The notes beneath the pieces were generated by a model. It worked only from the letters and a program-made list of their open reading frames with translations, had not been told where the DNA came from and did no database searches. The translations under genes and the position numbers were made by a program. Below are positions 53,822 to 62,100 of a stretch of 64,000 bases of DNA, in pieces. The stretch is taken from IMG/VR virus record IMGVR_UViG_3300037882_003354, positions 124,001 through 188,000 of that record; one strand, 5' to 3'. Numbering within the stretch: the first letter of the stretch is position 1; every line of letters begins with the position of its first letter.

Positions 53822-55521
53822 TCTTTCACCAACAATTTACCCAGATCAGGCAGGTACAGATACTTTATATCCGACTTGAGCAGAGTGTTGATGGCGTCAA
53901 CCAGGGTTTCCACCAAGGGTTCCCCTGCCAGGTTGAAACTAGTGTTGAACACCATGGGAACCGATGTCCGGGTATAAAATGCCTGGATCACAGCATGGTA
54001 ATGAGAGTTGTCCTGTGCGTTGACCGTCTGCACTCGACAGGTGCCATCCACATGAGTCACTGCCGGAATCTCACCCAGTTTGTCAGTGGCCACATCAATG
54101 GCGTACATCATGAATGGGCTGGATTTTAGACCTCGCATGTCAAACCAGGTGGCAGCCTGTTCTTCCAGTATGCTGGCAGCAAATGGTCTAAACCATTCCC
54201 GACCTTTAACACGGTTCACACGGTCCTTGCCATCTTGAACACGCGGATCAAACAACATGGATCGGTTGCCCAGTGCCCGGGGGCCGCCTTCTGCACGACC
54301 ACTAAACATGGCCACGATGTTTTGGGTGGCCAATAATTCTGCAACGTCGTCAGCCAGGGCATGTTGCATTTTAAGTTGCGGCACTTGTGCCAGCAACTGA
54401 TCCAACATCTGATAGTTGGGTTGTGCGCCCAGGTACACATGCTTGAGTGGTCTGACCACTGAGTCCTCACTGTGCAAATGCCAGGCCAGTCGTGCCAGCC
54501 CCAGTGCAGTTCCGCCGTCGTGGCTGATGGGATCCACATAGAGATTGATGTCTTTACATCTGTCCAGGAGGTAATAGTTGGCCACACAGTTGAGTGCATA
54601 CCCACCAGCCAAGACAACATTTTTAATGCCAGTGGCAGCCACTGCTCGTTCGATCAGGATGCCCAGGAGTTCCTGTGTTTCCTGTTGCACATGGAAGGCC
54701 AGGTCGCGGTCCATGTCGGTGACTTTACTGAAGTCCCAGTGCCATTCCTTGGGGTCTTGTTTGCGTCGTAGATCAGGGAATCTATCCTCATCAATAAATG
54801 CACCAGCAGGATACATGGGCAACAGCAGGTTTTTATTGCCGCGGCCTTCTACGAAAAATGCAGGGATGGCTGCGTTGCGTTTGCCATAAGGCGCCAGCCC
54901 CATGGTTTTGCCGGCTTCGATAAATCCAAAACCCAGATACTGACTGACTGCTTCGTATGCCTTGGTGATGGTGACGGAATTGTCAAATTCCTGCAGGCCA
55001 TTGTTGAAGTAGGGAGTGCGTCCGTCAGAATATCTCTTGTACAAGGGCTCAAATGCAGCTGGGTAACTGCACTTGTAGACACTTTCTGTCTCGTATCCGC
55101 CCACCGGTGTACCAGTACCGTCTGGACCTGTGGTGGTGGACACCATGCTGCCGGCACCGTCCACCACAATGGCCAGGGCTTCAGTAAATCCGCTGTTGTA
55201 GAACGCACCAGCGGCATGGCCCAGGTGATGTTGGTGTCCTAGATTGGTGACCTTGACACCAGGATTGAATTTACGCACCAGGGCCGAGTAACTGTCCTCA
55301 CCGGTCCAGGGCAAGATGGCCAGTTCTGGATTGGTGCCACCAATCACCAGTTCGTCAATACGGTGACTCTGCAGGCATTCCAGCATGGCACGGAAGGGAT
55401 TGCCGTCATATTTCATGCGACTCAGTCGTTCTTCTTCTGAATAATAAACCACTTCACCGTCCACCACCAGGCATGCGCTGCCATTGTGGCCGGGATTTAT
55501 AGCAAGTATTGAATACGTCAT
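53818..55521 (-). CDS. O-carbamoyltransferase (NodU/CmcH/TobZ family)
   Basis: GHN.S, EEERLSR.K, HHLGHA, VDGAG, GKTMGLAPYG, GG.ALN, EGGPRALGNRS, RE.FRPFA, NTSFN. Confidence 0.92.
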   Translation of the reverse strand: MTYSILAINPGHNGSACLVVDGEVVYYSEEERLSRMKYDGNPFRAMLECLQSHRIDELVIGGTNPELAILPWTGEDSYSALVRKFNPGVKVTNLGHQHHLGHAAGAFYNSGFTEALAIVVDGAGSMVSTTTGPDGTGTPVGGYETESVYKCSYPAAFEPLYKRYSDGRTPYFNNGLQEFDNSVTITKAYEAVSQYLGFGFIEAGKTMGLAPYGKRNAAIPAFFVEGRGNKNLLLPMYPAGAFIDEDRFPDLRRKQDPKEWHWDFSKVTDMDRDLAFHVQQETQELLGILIERAVAATGIKNVVLAGGYALNCVANYYLLDRCKDINLYVDPISHDGGTALGLARLAWHLHSEDSVVRPLKHVYLGAQPNYQMLDQLLAQVPQLKMQHALADDVAELLATQNIVAMFSGRAEGGPRALGNRSMLFDPRVQDGKDRVNRVKGREWFRPFAASILEEQAATWFDMRGLKSSPFMMYAIDVATDKLGEIPAVTHVDGTCRVQTVNAQDNSHYHAVIQAFYTRTSVPMVFNTSFNLAGEPLVETLVDAINTLLKSDIKYLYLPDLGKLLVKE

Positions 55522-56459
55522 TATTTCACCTGTTTTTCTATGTCTGCGACAATCCGGTTGTAGATGTCCACAATCTCAGCCTCGTCAAAATCCATCATGC
55601 GATCATTATGGCGGTCTGCCAGTGTGCTGTCCAGACCAGTGATGCGTATGGGGCTGTATTTCTTCTCACCGGCTTTTTCTATGATCTGGAAAAAGTCAGG
55701 ATAACTGGTGTTCACAGGAAAGGTGGATCCAAAAATCACAGTGCCTGGCGTGTCAGTGGCCCGGGCCATGTGCTGTCCCACGGAATCCACACCCACAAAA
55801 TAATCAGCACAATCAATCAGGGCTGCCCACATGCGCAGGTCAGTGTTGGGTTGTAACTTGGCTGTGTATGTGTCTGTGACAATCTGGAATTGTTGTTCGC
55901 CAAAGAACACCATGTTGTATTTGGCTGCCAGTTTTTTCACCAGACTGATGTAAGCATCTGCTGACAGACTGCGACTGGCCGGATCCACCACGTCTGACCG
56001 ATCCAGAGTGGCACCGCGACCGAACGGCTGTATGACTATGGTCTTGTTCTTCTGCTGTGCCTGCTTGACGTCGGCAATGGTGTTGGCGGCCCATTTTTCT
56101 TCAGCCTTGTTGAATATCAACTTGGGTATGGTTAGATCACTGTGATCAGTGGTCATGTTGATCTCGCGATCAAAACCTTCCACCAGGCTGATTTCCTGTC
56201 GGAAATAGGCAGGCAGTCGGTAGGGCTCGGGTGTTAGAATACGATCTGCCTGTGACACCACGTTGTCCCAGAGCCCCTTGGTGTCGGCTCCGTAGGTCCG
56301 GTCCTGTAGTTCGGGTATGCTCCACAACAGGTAATCCCAGGCTGGAATGATGATGTTCCAGTCGGCACCAGGGTTCAGTCGGTGAAATTTCAGCAGGGCG
56401 GGAATGGCTGCAATCACTCGGCCAGCCCCGCCGTCTATGTAAATTATGGTCTTTGACAC
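55521..56459 (-). CDS. GT9-like (ADP-heptose heptosyltransferase-type) glycosyltransferase
   Basis: GG.G..IAAIPAL, IVIQPFG, ALI..ADYFVGVDS..QHMA.A...P..VIFG. Confidence 0.7.
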   Translation of the reverse strand: MSKTIIYIDGGAGRVIAAIPALLKFHRLNPGADWNIIIPAWDYLLWSIPELQDRTYGADTKGLWDNVVSQADRILTPEPYRLPAYFRQEISLVEGFDREINMTTDHSDLTIPKLIFNKAEEKWAANTIADVKQAQQKNKTIVIQPFGRGATLDRSDVVDPASRSLSADAYISLVKKLAAKYNMVFFGEQQFQIVTDTYTAKLQPNTDLRMWAALIDCADYFVGVDSVGQHMARATDTPGTVIFGSTFPVNTSYPDFFQIIEKAGEKKYSPIRITGLDSTLADRHNDRMMDFDEAEIVDIYNRIVADIEKQVK

Positions 56460-56474
56460 GTTGGATCCTCTTGA

Positions 56475-56513
56475 GTATATACTTAATGTATATACTTAAT
56501 TATCCTGTGTCAA
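56475..56513 (-). promoter_or_regulatory. promoter region of the modification operon with a 13-bp tandem repeat
   Basis: TTGACA-17-TACATT; ATTAAGTATATAC x2, each containing late-like TAAGTA. Confidence 0.55.
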
Positions 56514-56527
56514 TGGCGATGCATGAT

Positions 56528-59119
56528 TTATTTGGTGGTCATCAATGTTTCAAGTTGTTGTTCAAGATTGTGTATTTTGATGTCTAGATCCTGAATGGCC
56601 TTGACCATGATGGGCATGAGTTTGCCAGGATCAGCATATAACTGTTCTGGATTAGCATCATGCGCCAGTCGTATGTGGTCTTGAACTCCATATTTCTTGA
56701 TCAATTCCAACAGGTCTTGAGCCAGGAATCCTGAATCTGGTATACCCGTTCTGTTGCCATCGCGAGTGGCCCAGGTGAATTGTACTGGTTTGACTTCCTT
56801 GATGAAATCCAGACCCACTGGTATGCCACTGATGCCAGTTTTATCTCGACAATCTGACAGGGATGTCCAGGTGGCACTGGGTGCATATTGGCTGGTGTAT
56901 GCGGTGGTTCCCAGCACTATACTATTGCATGATGTGGTGGTTGGCGCTGCTGCCAGATGGCCTATGATGATGTTGCTGCACCCCACAGTCAATGTGACGC
57001 CTGCACCTGCACCCAGTGCAATATTACCGCCCGATCCGTTTGAATTATACAACGCACAGCAACCAATGGCTATGTTGTTACATCCAGTGCGGTTGTTGGA
57101 CAGTGCGCAAATACCAATGGCCACGTTGTTGTTGCCAGTGGTGTTGCCATACATGGCACGTTCGCCCACCATGAAGTTATTGCAGGTAAGGATCGGCGAC
57201 GCCGTGCCGCCAACGGCGCGGCCAATGCCCACGTTGTTACATCCTCGAACGCATCGCATGGCGAACCGTCCAATGCCCACATTGGCATCACCATAAACGT
57301 ACGCGAGTGCACTCCAGCCAATGGCCACGTTGTCACTTCCTGTTGCCTGGAGCATGGCATATGGACCAATGGCCACATTACAACATCCATTAATCAGGTT
57401 TCCCATGGTAGACTGGCCGATGCCTACATTTAAAGCCGCAGCCACCGCACTTGATAGAGCACTATCACCTATGGCCACGTTACCATAACCACCCACCTGA
57501 CTGCATAATGCATTGGATCCAATGGCTATACCTCCACCGCCGTAAGTACTGGCCGCTAATGCACCTGCTCCCAGTGCCACATTGTTGCTGCCATTTATCA
57601 ATCCGGCCAGTGACTTGCACCCAATGCCTATGTTGCCAGTGCCGTAATTATAGCCATATTCTGCATCGCCTGTTCTTCTTAAATTATATAATGAACATAT
57701 GCCTGCAGAAAAATTGCTGTTGTTTCCATAATCATTACAGTATTGTGATTTGTATCCCTGAGCAAAATTCTCACTGCTTGATATGTTATTATACATGGCC
57801 TGTTTACCCAGGGCCATGTTATTATTGCCAAAAGCGTTGTTGTATAACGAACAGTAACCCACTGCCAAATTATTAGAACCCGAACAGGCACTGTATAATG
57901 AATATGTTCCAATGGCTATATTGCAATTGCCAAACACGCTCTTGCACAAGGAATAGGCTCCCATGGCTATGTTATCGCAACCCAAATTGTTTCGTAATGC
58001 AAATGTGCCAAATGCAGTATTATTACATCCAGTAGAATTACCTCTGCCTGCAAGACATCCCATACTAGTGTTGTTGCATCCGGTAATGTCAGTATTGCCA
58101 GCAAGACATCCTATGTGGGTGTTGCCATTACCAGTGGTATAACCAAACACTGATCCCAATGACGTGGGTGTGGCTGGTGTACTGGCGCCTCCGCCTGCAC
58201 TGCCAGTATAGCCCACGCTTCCATTATATCCTGATCCAATTGAACCAGTGTATCCCACACCGCCAGTGAGCAGGGTGTTGTTGACATACAAGCCAGTGGC
58301 ATCAACTTTTATTCGTTCAGTGGTACCAGCACCTATCAACACGGTGTCTGACAGTCCTGCAGTGGCCGGCAACTGACCAATGATGGTGTTGTTGGCACCT
58401 GTGGTTAGAAGGCATCCTGCGCATGTACCAATGCCAATGTTATTGCTTGCATCTGAACATTTGAGTGACAGGTAACCAATGGCGATTGAACACTGGGGAG
58501 TCTGTCCATAAAAGAGAGAATTCACACCAAGGGCCACGTTGTTGTTTCCGCCATGATTGGAGTACAAGGCTCCGTACCCCATGGCCATGTTACAACTTCC
58601 GGTGTCGTTACAGTAGAGAGCGATAGCGCCAATGGCCGTGTTGACTGCGCCGCTGGTGTTAGCGCGTAGTGCATACGATCCCACCGCAGTATTTGCACTT
58701 CCCGATGAATTACCGATTAACGCACCGTAGCCCACGGCTGTGTTTTCTGTTCCCTGTTGGTTGCTATTCAGTGACAGTGAACCCACGGCTGTGTTGAAGG
58801 CGCCAATGGTGTTTTGTTCCAGTGACAGGTAGCCAATGGCAGTATTTTGGCGGCCGGTGGTATTGCCGTAGAGTGACTCGTAGCCAAGGGCCACATTACT
58901 ATAGCCACAGGTGTTATATGCAAGTGCGCGATTTCCAATGGCAACGTTACTATAACCATTGATATTACGTTGCAATGCACAGACACCTATGGCCACATTG
59001 TTCTGGGCGCTGACCGTCACGCTGGACAAGGCACATTGCCCCACGGCCACGTTGCCATTGAGTACGCTAGCACCCGTGATATCGGGGATAACGGTGTTAC
59101 CAGAGAGTTTTATTGCCAT
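56528..59119 (-). CDS. tail fibre / adhesin with 14-aa NxAxG repeats and C-terminal S74 intramolecular chaperone
   Basis: (AL..N..G..N.A.G)n, GYTGS repeats, SDCRDK...G+.AQ++ chaperone motif and coiled coil. Confidence 0.85.
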   Translation of the reverse strand: MAIKLSGNTVIPDITGASVLNGNVAVGQCALSSVTVSAQNNVAIGVCALQRNINGYSNVAIGNRALAYNTCGYSNVALGYESLYGNTTGRQNTAIGYLSLEQNTIGAFNTAVGSLSLNSNQQGTENTAVGYGALIGNSSGSANTAVGSYALRANTSGAVNTAIGAIALYCNDTGSCNMAMGYGALYSNHGGNNNVALGVNSLFYGQTPQCSIAIGYLSLKCSDASNNIGIGTCAGCLLTTGANNTIIGQLPATAGLSDTVLIGAGTTERIKVDATGLYVNNTLLTGGVGYTGSIGSGYNGSVGYTGSAGGGASTPATPTSLGSVFGYTTGNGNTHIGCLAGNTDITGCNNTSMGCLAGRGNSTGCNNTAFGTFALRNNLGCDNIAMGAYSLCKSVFGNCNIAIGTYSLYSACSGSNNLAVGYCSLYNNAFGNNNMALGKQAMYNNISSSENFAQGYKSQYCNDYGNNSNFSAGICSLYNLRRTGDAEYGYNYGTGNIGIGCKSLAGLINGSNNVALGAGALAASTYGGGGIAIGSNALCSQVGGYGNVAIGDSALSSAVAAALNVGIGQSTMGNLINGCCNVAIGPYAMLQATGSDNVAIGWSALAYVYGDANVGIGRFAMRCVRGCNNVGIGRAVGGTASPILTCNNFMVGERAMYGNTTGNNNVAIGICALSNNRTGCNNIAIGCCALYNSNGSGGNIALGAGAGVTLTVGCSNIIIGHLAAAPTTTSCNSIVLGTTAYTSQYAPSATWTSLSDCRDKTGISGIPVGLDFIKEVKPVQFTWATRDGNRTGIPDSGFLAQDLLELIKKYGVQDHIRLAHDANPEQLYADPGKLMPIMVKAIQDLDIKIHNLEQQLETLMTTK

Positions 59120-59164
59120 CTTTGCTCCATTTATACTTAATTAAAGTTCCGTCATGCTGCTCAT

Positions 59165-62100
59165 TTAGGAAAGTTTCTCGACCAGCGCATCTATCTGTGC
59201 CTGTTGCTGTTTGGCTGCTTCTATCAGGAAGGCTATTAAGGGCAAATAGTTGACCGTTTTGAAGTTTTCAGGGTTGGTATGCACCAATTCTGGCAAGGTC
59301 TGCTCAATTTCTTGAGCAATCACACCATAACTCTTGCGAGCCGTGTCACGCCAGTTGAAGCCCACCCCGCGCAGGCTGTTGATTACCATCATGGGATGCT
59401 GAATGGTCTCAATGTTGTCCTTGAGATTGCCGTCTGATGTGGAATTCAAGTCCACCACGGTCAGTTGACCAGTGCTGGGGTTGAAGGACAACTTGGAGGT
59501 GCTGATGTACGCAGTGGTCAGCGTGCCAGTGGTGGCTGACGACATGGTGGGGTAATAACTGGCGTTGGTGGCGGTGTCGTTGGTGACCGTGCTGGATCCG
59601 GAGCCGGTGAACAAACTACCGTTGACATACAAGCCTGAGCCATCAACTTTTATTCGTTCGGTGATACCTGCTCCGATCAACACGGTGTTTGACAGTCCGG
59701 GGTCACCTGATAGTGAACCAATCACAGTGTTGTTTGTGCCAGTGGTTATGCCTTGCCCGGCCTGGTAGCCGATGGCCACGTTGTTATAACCTGTGGTGTT
59801 ACCGTAGAGTGCAGCATAGCCCTGTGCCGTGTTGTTGCAGCCAATGGTGTTGTTATATAGTGCTGCATAGCCTTGCGCGGTGTTGCGCTTGCCAGTGGTG
59901 TTGACTATTAGTGTACTGTGACCCTGGGCAGTGTTGCCGTAACCGGTGGTGTTTTCGTAGAGTGAATCAGCGCCCACAGCAGTGTTGCTGTAACCGGTGG
60001 TATTATTTTGCAGTGAAGATACGCCAACTGCTGTGTTATAATTACCACAATTCAGATGTAATGAGCCATAACCCATGGCTGTGTTCGAGCTGCCGCCGAG
60101 GTTGTTACGCAGCGCGCAGGTGCCCACTGCCGTGTTGAAACTACCGGAGATGTTGGACTCAAGTGCACCCATGCCCACAGCGGTATTACAGCAACCAGTG
60201 GTGTTTTTACTCAGTGCGCAACTGCCTATGGCCACATTGGCGCATCCTATGGTGTTGCTATAGAGAGCACATGTACCCACGGCGGTGTTGAAACAACCGC
60301 GGGTGTTGTTATAAAGTGCACTGTGACCTTGGGCCGTGTTGTTGCAGCCAGTGGTATTGTTATTAAGTGCACTGTTACCCTGGGCAGTATTATTACTACC
60401 GCCGGTGTTGAGATTGAGCGCTCGGTGTCCCACCGCAGTATTAGTGTTGCCAGTAATGTTGCAGCATAGTGCACCCACTCCTTGTGCTGTGTTGTAGCTG
60501 CCAGTGGTGTTGTGGTACAGACTGTTGAAGCCCTGTGACGTGTTGTTGGTGCCGTCGGTATTGCTCAGTAGTGCGCTGGCACCGAATGCTGTGTTTGAAT
60601 CACCTCCACGGTTGGCATTGAGTGCCAGGGCGCCCACGGCTGTGTTGTAGCAGCCAGTGGTGTTGGATTGGAGTGCCAGAGTGCCAATGGCTGTGTTCCT
60701 GAAGCCCATGAGGTTGTTGCGCAGCGCCAGATATCCAATGGCTGTATTTTGATAACCTGTGGTGTTACAGCTCAGTGTTTCCAGTCCCACAGCCACATTG
60801 CCATCGCCAGTGGTGTTGTTGAACAGTGCACAAGTGCCCAGGGCCACATTGTGGATGCCCTGAGTGTTACCATATAGTGTTTTGAAACCCAGTGCAATGT
60901 TGCCGCATCCGGCATTGGCGCCGGCCGCCATGGCGAGAATGCCTATGGCTGTATTACAGCAGCCAGTGGTGTTGTTGGCCAGCGCACTGAGACCGATGGC
61001 TATATTGTAGCTGCCAGAGTTGTTTGACAGGGCTGTGGGTCCCATGCCAATATTATAACAACCGCCGTAGGAATTTATCATGGCATCAGCGCCAATGGCC
61101 ACATTATCGCTGCCGTAGGTGTTGTGGCCCAATGCTCTTGACCCCACCGCCACGTTGCTTCTACCAGTGTTGTTGGCACCTAGACGACCATAGAGTGCAC
61201 ACCACCCCATGGTGACATTATAGTCTCCTCCATGAAAATGCGATGTTTGAATACCCACGGCCACGTTGTAGCTGCCCGACTGATTGCAGAATAATGAACC
61301 AGCGCCCAGGGCAATGTTGTTACCTCCAGACACAGTGTTCAAGAGTGCATATGTTCCCACAGCTATGTTCTGACAATTGCTGGTACCTTGATGGCCGGCG
61401 CAGTAACCCAGGGACACATTGGGTGCGGGCTGGCCCGAAGCATGTGGAGGTCCTATGGGGGTACAAGCATATACGGTGCCCAATAACATGGTCTGGGCTT
61501 GTGGTGTGAGACCGGACAGCAGCCCACCGTTGATGTACAATCCGGCATCGTCCACACGCAGTCGCTCACAAGTGCCAGCACCAATCAGCAAGGTGCAGGT
61601 GAGACCAGGCGTGGCTGGCAATGATCCAATCACAGTGTTTTTAAAGCCAGTGGTCAGGTTGCAAGCTGCATTAAATCCAATGCCTATATTGCTCAGAGCA
61701 TTTGAACATTTCAGAGCACCCACTCCCACTGCCACTGCACAACGATTGCATGCGCCATAGAATAAAGAACATGTGCCAATGGCCACATTCACACAACCGG
61801 TGGTGTTGCCGTAGAGTGCAGTATAGCCCTGTGCCGTGTTGCCGCTACCGGTGGTGTTGTTCTGTAGTGCAGCATAGCCATGTGCCGTGTTGAGATCGCC
61901 AGCGGTGTTGCGGCCGAGTGCTTGGGCGCCTACTGCTGTGTTGGTGCCGCCGGTGGTGTTGCTGCTGAGTGCGCCGTAACCAATTGCCACGTTTCGCTCG
62001 CCGGCGGTGTTGTTGAGCAGTGCTTGGTAACCCAGAGCACTGTTCAGACTGCCAAGGGTGTTTGAGTATAGTGCAGAGTTGCCAATGGCCACGTTGTTGT

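Noticed and set aside
47808-55521. Nod-factor biosynthesis (NodU/NodH/NodQ-like functions)
   Set aside because: No NodA, NodB or NodC homologs; these enzyme families are generic tailoring enzymes
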